This document shows, in pieces, positions 1 to 12,796 of a DNA stretch of 64,000 nucleotides. The DNA comes from Trueperaceae bacterium. Lineage in GTDB: Bacteria > Deinococcota > Deinococci > Deinococcales > Trueperaceae. The DNA lies in the NCBI GenBank assembly GCA_035703635.1, contig DASSXV010000025.1, forward strand, positions 1 through 64,000, in the 5' to 3' direction. The position numbers and the translations under genes are program-made. The notes under the pieces were generated by a model. It ran no database searches, had not been told where the DNA came from, and was given only the letters and a program-made list of their open reading frames with translations. Position 1 is the stretch's first letter. Every line of letters starts with the position of its first letter.

Positions 1-621
1 GAACTCGACTCCAAGACGTGGGCGAGCATGCTCGACACGTTCCTCAAGTGGTACCGCCTCCCGGCGTCCGGCGTGGACGCTCCCGGCGACGTCGCGGCGC
101 TGGTGGACGACATGAGCCGCGTGCTCGGCAGCGTCTCGCACGCCATCCGCCCGGCCGCGCTGTTGGCGACCGACCCCAAAGACAGTGGTCGCACGTCCTT
201 CTGGGCCATCATCTGGAACTGGACGGTCTACCCGCGGCTGTTGGTGGTGCGCCCGGATCCTGATGCCGGGACGCGGCCAGCAGACGCGCTGGCGGCGCTA
301 TCCAACTGCGCCGTGCACATCACCGCGTACATCTCGGCGCCAGAGGACTCGGCCAAGAGCCTGTTCCTGTCGCATAACGACTCGCGCATGTACGTGGTCT
401 CCAGCGTGCCAAGCAAGAACGGCTTCTGGCCTTACGAGGTAGCCGCAGGCGAGGAGCTCTCCGCCTTCGCCTTCGACCTTCCCGACTTGAGCGGCGTGCG
501 GCTCTACGCGGCCGTGTTCGACGGCCCCTCTGCCGGGTTCGTCACGCTGCTCGGACTCTTCTGGAACGTCAGAACGAACCTAGCCCCTACGACGTTCATG
601 AGCTACCTAAGCACGCCCTGA
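1..621 (+). CDS. hypothetical protein, 5'-truncated by the window edge
   Basis: Frame is open from base 1 (ELDSKTWASMLDTF...) to TGA at 619-621; GC3-rich codons; no recognisable motif. Confidence 0.6.
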   Translation, partial: ELDSKTWASMLDTFLKWYRLPASGVDAPGDVAALVDDMSRVLGSVSHAIRPAALLATDPKDSGRTSFWAIIWNWTVYPRLLVVRPDPDAGTRPADALAALSNCAVHITAYISAPEDSAKSLFLSHNDSRMYVVSSVPSKNGFWPYEVAAGEELSAFAFDLPDLSGVRLYAAVFDGPSAGFVTLLGLFWNVRTNLAPTTFMSYLSTP

Positions 622-631
622 CCGGGCACGT

Positions 632-1554
632 TCAAGCGCGCCCGAGCGCGTGGTTGAGGTCGGCGCGCATCGTGGCGGCCGCCGCTCGCGCCGCCGCGCC
701 TACCCCGGCCAGGGTCGCTGCCGCGGCGTTCGGGTAGGTGAGACTCCTGCTCGCGTTGACTACCGCGCCCCAACCGTTCGCGTCGAACGCTGCCGCTGCG
801 TCATCTGCGCTGCCGCCCTGGGCGCCGTAACCGGGCACGAGGAGCAGGCTGTGAGGGAGCCGTTTGCGCAGCTCGCGCGTGGCAGCTGGGTGCGTGGCGC
901 CCGCGACGGCGCCGAGGGACGAGTAACCGTGAGCGTCGCGAGGCAAGCTAGCGGCGCGCGCAGTGAGTTCGTCTGCCAGGTGGGCGTAGAGCGGTTGACC
1001 CCCAACTAGTTCGAGCTCCTGCAAGTCCGCGCTCCCCGCGTTCGAGGTTCGCACGAGCACGAACAGGCCGCGGCCACCGGCTTCGGCCGCAGTGATGAAC
1101 GGCTCGAGGGTGTCGAGGCCCAAGTACGGGTTGACCGTCAGGGCGTCGGCCGCCAACGCGCCCTCCGTGAGGTAGGCGCTGGCGTAAGCCTCCGCGGTGG
1201 AGCCGATGTCGCCGCGCTTGGCGTCGAGTATCACGGGCAGGTCGAGGCTGCGGGCGTGACCCATGACGGCAGCTAGCGCCTCGAGGCCGGGCAGACCCAG
1301 AGCCTCGAAGAAGGCGGACTGCGGTTTGCAGCACGCCACCAGGTCGTGGGTGGCGTCCAGGACGTTCACCAAGTAGCGGGTGACGGCCGCGGCGGAGGCG
1401 GCCTGGTCCGCGAGCCCAGCGGTCAAGGGATGGGCGCCAGGTCGCGGGTCGAGGCCCAGGCACACGACGGAGTTCGCGGCCCGCGCCCGCGTCGCCAAGC
1501 GCGCGCCGAACGTGTCGGCGCGCGCAGCAGCATCAGCGCTGTTCGATGGGGCGC

Positions 1555-1558
<4 letters not shown>
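632..1558 (-). CDS. pyrF: orotidine-5'-phosphate decarboxylase (type 2)
   Basis: [52 protein letters not shown] motifs; start uncertain, probably CTG at 1558 overlapping the secA stop. Confidence 0.95.
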
Positions 1559-4389
<2,831 letters not shown>

Positions 4390-4592
4390 CTGGTTCTGGA
4401 CCTTTCCGCGCGGGCGCGGGGTGGCGCCACTTTGGCTAGACGCTACCGCGGCGTGCGCGTCACGCTGGTCGCTTGGTATGGCAGCATTGGCATGGCGGCA
4501 GGTGCGGAGCTGTGGCCGCCTTCTCAGCAGGGCAGTTTAGCACGCTCGCCAGAAGCGGCTTAGCAGCCTGCCAGACGTGACACTCAAACAGA

Positions 4593-5144
4593 TCACTGGT
4601 CGGTGGCGGGCACGCGCACGAACGTGAGCGTGTTGGTGCCGTACTTCTTGCGCCTTACCTCGGCCCCCGCCAGCGCTGGCGGTAAAGGTGGGCTGGCCAT
4701 GTCGCTCGGGTGTTGCAGGACGTAGAGCGCGCCCGGCCGCGCGGCGCCAGAGCCGAGCAGCGCCTTGAACGTGGCCGCTAGGTCCGTCGGGTAGGGCGGT
4801 GCCGCTACCACGACGTCGAACTCACCAACGTGGGCGGCCGCGTAGGCAACGGCGTCGGTCGCTTGAACCTCCACGGCCAGTCCTAGCGCAGTGGCGTTGT
4901 TGCGGATGACGCTTGCCGCTGCCTGGGAGAGTTCGACGCAGACGGCGCTCCAACCGCGGCTGGCTGCCTCGAGGCCCATGGCGCCCGTGCCGGCGAAGAG
5001 GTCGAGGAAGCGCCCGCGCGGTTCGAAGGCGATGACGTCGAAGAGCGCCTCGCGGAGCCGCGCTGGACTAGGCCGCGTGCCGCGCGCGGGAACCTTGAGT
5101 TCGCGGCCCTTGGCGCTGCCAGCGAGGATGCGAGGGTTGGACAT
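4593..5144 (-). CDS. rsmD: RsmD-family 16S rRNA methyltransferase
   Basis: RILAGSAKGREL, TRPSPARLREALF, FLDLFAGTGAMGLEAASRG, APPY; TATGCT 7 nt upstream of ATG 5144. Confidence 0.88.
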   Translation of the reverse strand: MSNPRILAGSAKGRELKVPARGTRPSPARLREALFDVIAFEPRGRFLDLFAGTGAMGLEAASRGWSAVCVELSQAAASVIRNNATALGLAVEVQATDAVAYAAAHVGEFDVVVAAPPYPTDLAATFKALLGSGAARPGALYVLQHPSDMASPPLPPALAGAEVRRKKYGTNTLTFVRVPATDQ

Positions 5145-5204
5145 GACAGCGAGCATAACCGCGGCGGCCGCGTGGTGCGCGGCGGCGCGCTAGACTAGCT
5201 GGTC

Positions 5205-6095
5205 GTGATTCGCACCCTCGAGCCGGACGAACTTGCATGGTTCATGCGCCAGGCGTTGGCGTTCGTCGGCCATACCGATCCGCGCGGGCTAGCGCAGCGC
5301 CTCAACTCGCGGCTCAAGGACGCCGCCACGGAAGCCGAGCACTGCTACGTGTACGCGCCGGACGCCGGACCGCCGACTGCCGGCCTCTACCTTGTTGCCA
5401 GCGGGGGAGGGTACGGCGCCCGTCACCTAGAGTTGCGCAGCGTGTGGCACGACAACGACGCGCCCGCTCTCGCTCACCTCGTCGCTCAGCTCTTGAGTCG
5501 TGAGTCCGCGGAAGCGGCGACGGTGGCGCTTCACTCGCTAGGTGATGGTCGCTCGCAGGAGTTGGCGGCGCTACTCACCCCGTTTGGCTTCAGGCGCGAC
5601 GTGCTGCGGCGCCTGCGCTTCGAACTCACCGACGTTCCGCCCCTCGGCCGCCCGCTGGTGCTAGAAGCGTGGCAGCCGGGCAGCGAGCAGGACTTCCGCG
5701 AGTTGTACGACGACTCCGAGGGTGAGAGGGTCAGCGACGCGAGCTGGTCGTACCTCAAGCGCAGGGCAGGCCGTTTTCAACCCGACCTATGGTTCGCCGC
5801 CCGTGAGGCCCTCGACCAACCCACTGTCGGTTACGCCTTCGCCAGCTCCGCGACGCGTGAGATCGACTCCGTCTACGAACTGACGGGCGTCGGTGTGCGG
5901 CGACGCTACCGCGGCGATAGCGAGATGCTGAAGCGCGTCGCTGTTACGACCCTGCAGGAACTCTCGTTCCGCAGCCCGGCGGGCGCGGTGGACACCGTCG
6001 TGGGAGCAGGCGACCCGAAGCTCGTAGCTATCTTGGCTTCCGTTGGCTTCGTGACGGTAGAGCACCTACCCGCGCTCGTGAAGCTGCCCACCTGA
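5205..6095 (+). CDS. tandem GNAT-like protein of unknown function
   Basis: Two GNAT-like halves; C-terminal VGYAF...LTGVGVRRRYRG and ASVGF; TAGACT 8 nt upstream. Confidence 0.55.
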   Translation: MIRTLEPDELAWFMRQALAFVGHTDPRGLAQRLNSRLKDAATEAEHCYVYAPDAGPPTAGLYLVASGGGYGARHLELRSVWHDNDAPALAHLVAQLLSRESAEAATVALHSLGDGRSQELAALLTPFGFRRDVLRRLRFELTDVPPLGRPLVLEAWQPGSEQDFRELYDDSEGERVSDASWSYLKRRAGRFQPDLWFAAREALDQPTVGYAFASSATREIDSVYELTGVGVRRRYRGDSEMLKRVAVTTLQELSFRSPAGAVDTVVGAGDPKLVAILASVGFVTVEHLPALVKLPT

Positions 6096-6107
6096 CTCGA
6101 CCGACGC

Positions 6108-6812
6108 TCACGGCGTTCCGCGGTGCGCTGGCAGGTAGCGCTCCCAGATGGGGTCGATGTCCGGCATGACCCCGTACGCGCTAGAGAACATGAAGCGCGG
6201 CGCGAAAGGCTTGCGCAGCAGGTGGAGGTGCGCTTCGTCTGGCGTGCGGTCGCGTTTCTTGGCGTTGCACGGTTTGCAGCACGCCACCACGTTGTCCCAG
6301 GTCGTCGGACCCCCACGGCTGCGCGGCATGACGTGGTCGAGGGTGAGGTCGAAAGTGTGCTTGGCGCAGTACTGGCACGTGTGGTCGTCGCGGCGGAACA
6401 CGTTCTTACGGTTGAACGCCACGCGCTGCCTGAACGGGCCGCGCACGAAGCGCCGCAGCTTGATGACGCTCGGCACGGGGAAGAGCGAGCTTGGGGAGCG
6501 CAGGACCATGCCAGAGTCTTCGACGCGTTCCGCGACCTCGTGCATGAGGAGCGCCACTGCGCGCTTGACGGAGCAGACGTGCAGCGGCTCGTAAGAGGCG
6601 TTGAGGATGAGGACCCTAGCAGCGTTGATGTTCTCGAGCGGCCGAACCTCACCCACACCCGCCCCGGCGCTCAAGTCGGCGGCGGTGTGCGCGCCAAGCG
6701 AACCTTCCGGTTTCGCCTCGGCGCCGTGAACAGCGGCGGTCGGGTGATCAACGTGGGTGGCGGTCGGGCCCTCCAGGTGCGGCGTTGTGGCGGAGTATAG
6801 CAGGCGCCTCAC
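6108..6812 (-). CDS. HNH endonuclease (McrA-like, stand-alone)
   Basis: VLILNASYEPL, RDDHTCQYC, LTLDHVMPRSRGG, WDNVVACCKPCNAKK; true start probably downstream of 6812. Confidence 0.9.
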   Translation of the reverse strand: MRRLLYSATTPHLEGPTATHVDHPTAAVHGAEAKPEGSLGAHTAADLSAGAGVGEVRPLENINAARVLILNASYEPLHVCSVKRAVALLMHEVAERVEDSGMVLRSPSSLFPVPSVIKLRRFVRGPFRQRVAFNRKNVFRRDDHTCQYCAKHTFDLTLDHVMPRSRGGPTTWDNVVACCKPCNAKKRDRTPDEAHLHLLRKPFAPRFMFSSAYGVMPDIDPIWERYLPAHRGTP

Positions 6813-6836
6813 GCCGCCACGTGTGAGTTGGCGCGG

Positions 6837-7877
6837 TCAAGCGTCCTCGAGCGCTAGCTCGACGAGACGCCGAACCAGTTCGCCGAAGCCGACTCCGGCG
6901 GCGCCCCACAGCCGCGGGTACATGCTGTGGCGCGTGAAACCCGGCATGGTGTTGATCTCGTTGAGGAGGAGCGTTCCGTCGCTTGGCAGGTAGAAGAAGT
7001 CGACGCGCGCCAACCCACGGGCGTCCACGGCGCGGAAGGCGTCAACGGCCATGGCGCGGCAGGCGGCGGCCACGCTCGGCGGGATGGTGGCGGGTATGTG
7101 CAACTCAGCCTGCCCGTCCGAGTACTTGGTCTGGTAGTCGTAGAAGGCGTTGTTGTGGCTGATCTCGCCGACGGGGCTCGCCTCTGGAGCGTCGTTGCCT
7201 AGCACGGCCACTTCTAGCTCGCGGGCGCCCTCAGCCCCAGCCTCGACGATGACGCGGCGGTCGTGGCTGAAAGCCAGGTCGAGTGCGGACCCCAGGTCGG
7301 CGGCGTGTTGCACGCGGCTGATGCCGATGCTCGAGCCGAGGTTGGCCGGCTTCACGAACAGTGGGAACTCGAGGCGGGCGACGCGCGCGGTGACGGCGAG
7401 CGCGTCGCTGCGCCACTCGTGCCGCACTACCGCCTCGTAAGGGACTTGTGGCAGGCCGTGAGAGGCGAAGACGGCCTTCATCGTTAGCTTGTCCATGCCG
7501 ACGGCGCTGCCTAGCACGCCGGAACCGACGTACGGCAAGCCGATGACGTCGAGCAGGCCTTGCACGCGCCCATCCTCACCGAATGGGCCGTGCAGCAGCG
7601 GGAACACGACGTCGAAGCCGCTCGCGATGGCCTCCAGCCCCATGCAGTTCGCGGGCGCCGCCATGGCGGCCAACGCCGCAGAGCTCTCGCCTTCCGGCAG
7701 CGCTAGCGCTGCGTGGGAAGCGCTGGCCGATAGGAGCTGACCGTTCTCGGCTATGACCAGCGGCGTCACGTGCAGGTCGGCGCTAGCCGCCAAGACCGAG
7801 CGGGCGGAGGAGAGGCTCACGGCGTGCTCCGCTGAGCGCCCACCGCAGAGCAGGAGGACGCGCGGTGCGGCGCTCAC
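6837..7877 (-). CDS. ddl: D-alanine--D-alanine ligase
   Basis: GGRSAEHAVSL, FPLLHGPFGEDG, FVKPANLGSSIGI, NEINTMPGFT. Confidence 0.97.
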   Translation of the reverse strand: MSAAPRVLLLCGGRSAEHAVSLSSARSVLAASADLHVTPLVIAENGQLLSASASHAALALPEGESSAALAAMAAPANCMGLEAIASGFDVVFPLLHGPFGEDGRVQGLLDVIGLPYVGSGVLGSAVGMDKLTMKAVFASHGLPQVPYEAVVRHEWRSDALAVTARVARLEFPLFVKPANLGSSIGISRVQHAADLGSALDLAFSHDRRVIVEAGAEGARELEVAVLGNDAPEASPVGEISHNNAFYDYQTKYSDGQAELHIPATIPPSVAAACRAMAVDAFRAVDARGLARVDFFYLPSDGTLLLNEINTMPGFTRHSMYPRLWGAAGVGFGELVRRLVELALEDA

Positions 7878-7902
7878 GCGCGTACGACCAGGCAGTGCGT
7901 TG

Positions 7903-7917
7903 TGTGTAAGTTACACA
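7903..7917. promoter_or_regulatory. AT-rich inverted repeat TGTGTAA-G-TTACACA upstream of ddl, candidate operator
   Basis: Perfect 7-bp arms with a 1-nt spacer in an 86-bp intergenic gap. Confidence 0.45.
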
Positions 7918-7963
7918 TTGGGAGTAGCGTACTGCCACGATTGCGCTAGCGCAAGCAGGCCGA

Positions 7964-8755
7964 CTACTCTCGCCAGCCAGGCGAGCGCTTCTCGAGGAAG
8001 GCGCGCACGCCCTCGCCAAGCTCAGGACCGACGCGCGCCGTAACGTTGACGTCGACGGCCGCACGCATTGCTGCCTCGAGCGGCAAGCCGCCCGCGGTCA
8101 AGAACAGGCGCTTGGTGAGGGCGAGCGAACCGGGCGCGTTGCGCGCGACCGCGGAAGCCAACTCGCAGGCCACCAGTAGCACGTCGTCGTCCGGGGCAAT
8201 AACGTTCACCAAGCCCATGGCGAGCGCCTCGTCCGCGCCGACAAGCCGTGCGCTGAGCAGGAGGTCGCGCGCGTGCTTCTCGCCGACCTGACGCATGAGG
8301 ATGACCCCTACGAGCGCAGCGACGAAGCCGATGCGCGCTTCCGTATAGCCGATGCGCGCGCTCTCACCCATGACGGCCATATCGCAAGCGGCCACCAGTC
8401 CGGCCCCGCCCGCCACCGCCGGACCGTTGACGGCGGCGACGATGGGTTTTGGGCACGCCAAGAGCGTCATGAACAGGCCGGCGAGCGCCTCAGAGTCAGC
8501 GCGGTGGGCCGCCTCGTCCATCCTTAACGTGCCTTCTAGCTCGGCAAGGTCGAGGCCGGCGCAGAACGCCGCGCCCGCGCCAGTCAGTACGAGCGCGCGC
8601 ACGCCGCTGTCTGCCTCTGCCGCCGCGATGGCGGCCAGCAGCTCTACGCGCATGGCGCGGGAGAGAGCGTTGCGTTGTTCCGGGCGCGCCAGCGAGATGA
8701 CGAGCACGTTGCCGCGCCGTTCCGTAGTCAGGGTGCTGGCAGCTGGGTCCGGCAT
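7964..8755 (-). CDS. enoyl-CoA hydratase/isomerase (crotonase family)
   Basis: LARPEQRNALS, FCAGLDL, KPIVAAVNGPAVAGGAGL, EGVRAFLEKRSP. Confidence 0.92.
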   Translation of the reverse strand: MPDPAASTLTTERRGNVLVISLARPEQRNALSRAMRVELLAAIAAAEADSGVRALVLTGAGAAFCAGLDLAELEGTLRMDEAAHRADSEALAGLFMTLLACPKPIVAAVNGPAVAGGAGLVAACDMAVMGESARIGYTEARIGFVAALVGVILMRQVGEKHARDLLLSARLVGADEALAMGLVNVIAPDDDVLLVACELASAVARNAPGSLALTKRLFLTAGGLPLEAAMRAAVDVNVTARVGPELGEGVRAFLEKRSPGWRE

Positions 8756-8867
8756 TCCTGATGATACCGGCGGGCGTTGGAGAGGGGGCTGCGAACTACC
8801 TGACTACTGGCGCCAAGTCGGCACGGTTACTCTAAGCGAGCCACCAAGTGGCAGTACGGAGGCGACC

Positions 8868-9803
8868 TTGAAGCTCGTTGAGCAGTACCCCACACGCCCG
8901 CTGGCACGGGCGCGCATAGCCGCCATGCTTGCCACCTTTTCGCTCGGACTCGCGTTCTTGGCCGCCTGTGCACCAGGCGCTGCCGTCCTCTCCCCGCCGA
9001 CCTTCCAAGTAGACAGTGCTAGGTCGGGCTTCATCAGCATCGACCCGCCAGGGATCGGTGACGGCTCCGCGCTCTTCCGCTTGGCGCTCACGGTCTCGAA
9101 CCCCAACCCCGTCAGCGTCCGCCTGTCGGGACTTGACGGCACCCTCTTCTTGCGCGAGACGCGGGCGGCCACCACGTCGTTCAGGGGCGGCATAGACCTA
9201 CCAGCCAACAAGTCGGCGCCGCTCGTCCTCGACGTAAGGGTGCCACTTGGCGCCGCGCCAGTGCTCCTCGACACCATCGCCAACTACGTCGCGGGCAACA
9301 CCACCTCGTACCGGTTCGACGCCGCCGTGACGATCGACGTGTTCGGTGCTCCGCAGCGCTTCCCGGCCTTCACCGTCGCCAAGGGCGAGCTCCCGCGGCC
9401 AAGCGGACTCGTTGCGCCGCGCTTCACGCTGCTAAGCAGCGAGCTGCGGTTCGAGGCGGTCAACCGCGTGGCAGTAACCCTAACGGGCGAGCTCACGAAC
9501 GCTGGGCTCATCGGCTTCTTCGTGCAAGTGCCCGAACTCGTGCTCAGCGTCGGCGGAGCGCAAGCCGCCGTCGCCACGCTCGAGTCCGTCGCCGTGCCAG
9601 GCGGCGGCGTCGCGCCCGTCACCCTCGCCTTCCGCTTCGACCCGCTTGCCCTCGGCGCGGCGGTGGCGGCGCAGGTGCAGGCGGCCTCGGCGGGCGTCGG
9701 CGGGCTCGGCGTGCAACTCAACGGAGGTTGGCGCCTCGAAGCGCCTGGCATCGCCACGACCTCGCTCGAGCCAACGGCCATCCTGCGCGACATGCTTAGG
9801 TAG
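8868..9803 (+). CDS. lipoprotein with two LEA_2/WHy-like domains
   Basis: GGAGG RBS before TTG 8868; lipobox LAAC; LTVSNPNPVSVRLSGLDGTL and a second similar segment GELTNAG. Confidence 0.72.
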   Translation: MKLVEQYPTRPLARARIAAMLATFSLGLAFLAACAPGAAVLSPPTFQVDSARSGFISIDPPGIGDGSALFRLALTVSNPNPVSVRLSGLDGTLFLRETRAATTSFRGGIDLPANKSAPLVLDVRVPLGAAPVLLDTIANYVAGNTTSYRFDAAVTIDVFGAPQRFPAFTVAKGELPRPSGLVAPRFTLLSSELRFEAVNRVAVTLTGELTNAGLIGFFVQVPELVLSVGGAQAAVATLESVAVPGGGVAPVTLAFRFDPLALGAAVAAQVQAASAGVGGLGVQLNGGWRLEAPGIATTSLEPTAILRDMLR

Positions 9804-9811
9804 CCTTGCGC

Positions 9812-12052
9812 TCAGTGACCCGCCCGTCGCGCTCGTTCGGCTAGGCGCGCGAGCGGGCCGGGCAGCCACCAGTTCCAGCGCCCTGCCAAGGTCATGACCG
9901 ACGGCACCAACGCCAGGCGCACGAGCGTGGCGTCGAGGATTATCGCCACCGTCAGGCCAAGACCCAACGTGCGGATGAGCTCGACGTGCGAGAAGAGCAG
10001 CAACGCGAACACCGTCACCATGACGGCCGCCGCGCTGGTGATCACCCCGCCAGTACTCGAAAGCGCTGTTGCTACCGCGTCGTGGTCGGACATGCCCTTC
10101 TCGTGCGCCTCATGGATGCGCGCAACCAAGAACACCTCGTAGTCCATGCTCAGACCGAACACGATGGCGAAGATGAACAGCGGAGCAGAAGTATCGATAT
10201 AGCCGAGGACGCTGCCAACACCGAACAGCTTGGTGAAAACGCCGTCCTGCAGCACTAGCGTCAGGAACCCGAAGGTGGCGCCGACGGTAAGGGCGTTCAG
10301 GAGCACCGCCTTGATGGGGATGAGCAGCGAGCGGAACGCCCACCCGAGGAGCACGGCCGTCACGAGCGCGACTAGGGCGAGGGCGAGCGGAAAGTAGGCG
10401 TATAGCGCCTTCGTCCACTCGCTGCCCTGCACGTAGACGCCGCCGATGCGGGCGTCGAGTTGGGCGGCGGCCAGCGCCTCTTCAATGCCGCGGTACACTT
10501 CGGCCCCCGCCGCTGGGGTGAGGTCACCGCCTGGCACGACGCGGGCGAGAACGTAACGCCCGTCACGGCTGATGGTGGCGCGCGCGAGCGGCGCGATCTC
10601 GCTGTTGAGGGCCGTCTCCTTGGTGGCGTAGTACTGGTAGAGGAAGAGGCGGGGGACGCCCTCCAACGCCATGGGCGAAGACACGCCGGACACGCGTGGG
10701 AGCTCCTTGAGTCGCGCCGTCAACAGGGAGACCTTGCGCACGTTCTCTGGGCGAAAGAAGCCGTCGCTGCCGAAGTCTATGAGCACATCGAACGGGTTGA
10801 GGAGCCCCTCCAACCCGAGCCCCTCGAGAGCCGTGAGGGTGCGGCGCGCGTCCGTAGCCGTCGTCAAGCCGCGCGCGCCTGGGTCGGCCACCTGCATGCG
10901 CAAGGACGGCAGGGCGAGCAGCACGAGGATGCCGACGCCGGCTATGGACCACAGCCACGGCCTTCGCATGATGGCTATCGCGCGGGCGCGCCAGAACGCG
11001 CGCGTGCGCAGGCCAGGCTCGCGCCTCGTGACGCGCAGCCAGTTGACTCTGTGCCCTAACAACGCCAGGGTGGCGGGCACGGCCGTTATGGCGACCAGCA
11101 CGCTGACGACGAGCACTACCATGGTGCCGATGCCTATCGATCTGATGAAGGCGACTGGTGGAACCAGCAGCGCCATCAGCGCGACCATGACCGTCAGGCC
11201 GCTGAAGGCGACGGCTTTGCCCGCCGTAGCCGCCGTGCGCGCGGCCGCTTTGCGCGCGTCGAACGTGCTCCTCAGCTCCTCGCGGTAACGGTTGACGATC
11301 AGGAGGGCGTAATCGATGCCCGTTGCCAACCCGAGCATCGTGACGATGGTCTCCGTGAACACGGCGAACTGGATGACCTGGCCTAAGAAGTAGAGGAGCG
11401 CAAGCGAGATGGCGATGGACGTCACGGCACTTAGGAGCGGCAGTAGCGACGCGACCACCGCACCGAAAGCGACGAGCAGGATGAGCAACGAGATCGGTAA
11501 GCCGAACAGCTCCGCGCGCCTAGCATCGCGCGTGCTCACCTCCTCCAACTCGATGACAGTCGCTGGCCCGCCAGACAGGTCGAAACGCATGGCCTTCTCG
11601 GCGGTCAGCACGCGCCTGACGCCTTCCGTTACGGCCTTGCCGCGGCTTAGGTCGTTAGCGTCGATGCCGATGAGCATTATCGAGAGGTCGTTCTGCGCAT
11701 CCAGCAAGTCGAGGCCGCTCGCGCTGCGGTAGTCCTGAACGTAGGTGACGCCGTCGCTAGCAAGCAGCTTCGCCTTGATGGCGTCGAGCTCGGCGGCGTA
11801 CTCAGGCGTACCCGCATGAACCGCGACGCCGTGAGCGACGGCGACCAGCGCCGCCTCCTCGGGGTTGGCGAAGGACGTGGCAAGCAGGTCCTGAACGATC
11901 GCGGCGTTGCCGTGCTGCGGCGCGTCCGGTTGGGCGTTCAGGACGTCGCCGACGTGAGTGGTGAACGGCAGCGCCGCCAGGCCGAGCGCGAACCACACGC
12001 CGAGGACCCAGCGCGGGTAACGCGAAACGAGCTCGCCGAGCGCCGTGAACAT
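9812..12052 (-). CDS. MMPL (RND-family) transporter
   Basis: LGLATGIDYALLIVNRYREE, FGLSMDYEVFLVARIHE, DATLVRLALVP; two TM bundles. Confidence 0.93.
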   Translation of the reverse strand: MFTALGELVSRYPRWVLGVWFALGLAALPFTTHVGDVLNAQPDAPQHGNAAIVQDLLATSFANPEEAALVAVAHGVAVHAGTPEYAAELDAIKAKLLASDGVTYVQDYRSASGLDLLDAQNDLSIMLIGIDANDLSRGKAVTEGVRRVLTAEKAMRFDLSGGPATVIELEEVSTRDARRAELFGLPISLLILLVAFGAVVASLLPLLSAVTSIAISLALLYFLGQVIQFAVFTETIVTMLGLATGIDYALLIVNRYREELRSTFDARKAAARTAATAGKAVAFSGLTVMVALMALLVPPVAFIRSIGIGTMVVLVVSVLVAITAVPATLALLGHRVNWLRVTRREPGLRTRAFWRARAIAIMRRPWLWSIAGVGILVLLALPSLRMQVADPGARGLTTATDARRTLTALEGLGLEGLLNPFDVLIDFGSDGFFRPENVRKVSLLTARLKELPRVSGVSSPMALEGVPRLFLYQYYATKETALNSEIAPLARATISRDGRYVLARVVPGGDLTPAAGAEVYRGIEEALAAAQLDARIGGVYVQGSEWTKALYAYFPLALALVALVTAVLLGWAFRSLLIPIKAVLLNALTVGATFGFLTLVLQDGVFTKLFGVGSVLGYIDTSAPLFIFAIVFGLSMDYEVFLVARIHEAHEKGMSDHDAVATALSSTGGVITSAAAVMVTVFALLLFSHVELIRTLGLGLTVAIILDATLVRLALVPSVMTLAGRWNWWLPGPLARLAERARRAGH

Positions 12053-12058
12053 CAGGGC

Positions 12059-12796
12059 TCAGCTCGCCAAGAAGGCGTCGATCACCTGGCGCGCACCCAC
12101 GTCGTGGTTCCTCGTCTCGCCCGCCACGAGGCCGTCGCGCAGGAAGACGATGCGGTCGGCAACTAGCGCGGCGGCCGGGTCGTGGGTGACCATGACGACC
12201 GTCCACCCAAGCTCGTCGACCCCGCGCCGCAAGAGCGCGAGGACTTCGTTGCCCGTCTTCGTGTCGAGGTTGCCGGTTGGCTCGTCCGCCAGCACGACCG
12301 CTGGGTCGTTGATGAGCGCCCGCGCTAACGCCACGCGCTGCCGTTGCCCACCGGACAACTGCCGCGGACGGTGGCTGAGGCGGTCGCCGATGTTGAGCTG
12401 CACGGCCAGGTCCGCCAGCCGCTCGCGCCCGCTTGCTAGACGCCCCGCCACCTCGGCGGGCAGGAGGATGTTCTCCTCGGCGCTGAGGTTGGGGATGAGT
12501 TCGAACGACTGGAAGATGAACCCCAAGCGGTCGCGGCGCAGGGCCGTGAGCTCGTCGTCGCTTAGGCCGTTGGTTGCCTGGCCTGCCACGGACACGGTGC
12601 CGCTGTCTGGCTGGTCGAGGAGGCCGAGCATGTGCAGCAGAGTGCTCTTCCCGCTGCCGCTAGGTCCCATCACTGCCACGAACTCGCCTTCGCTTACTTC
12701 GAGGGTGACGCCGTCGAGCGCGGGGATCACCTCGTCGCCAAGGTGGTAGGTCTTGCGCAAGTCCCTAGCGGACAGCGCGAGTGGTTTCTCAGACAT
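12059..12796 (-). CDS. ABC transporter ATP-binding protein (LolD/MacB-type)
   Basis: GPSGSGKST, LSGGQRQRVALARAL, LADEPTGNLD, VTHD. Confidence 0.95.
   Translation of the reverse strand: MSEKPLALSARDLRKTYHLGDEVIPALDGVTLEVSEGEFVAVMGPSGSGKSTLLHMLGLLDQPDSGTVSVAGQATNGLSDDELTALRRDRLGFIFQSFELIPNLSAEENILLPAEVAGRLASGRERLADLAVQLNIGDRLSHRPRQLSGGQRQRVALARALINDPAVVLADEPTGNLDTKTGNEVLALLRRGVDELGWTVVMVTHDPAAALVADRIVFLRDGLVAGETRNHDVGARQVIDAFLAS

Noticed and set aside
6108-6812. HNH nuclease as a mobile element or defence system
   Set aside because: Common stand-alone chromosomal type; no methyltransferase, repeats, intron or transposon ends nearby
8352-8867. N-terminal extensions in the ORF track (also 24778-24939, 45780-46088, 55676-55984, 34336-34473)
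   Set aside because: They overlap neighbouring genes or promoters; RBS, overlap pattern and motif onset support the shorter starts
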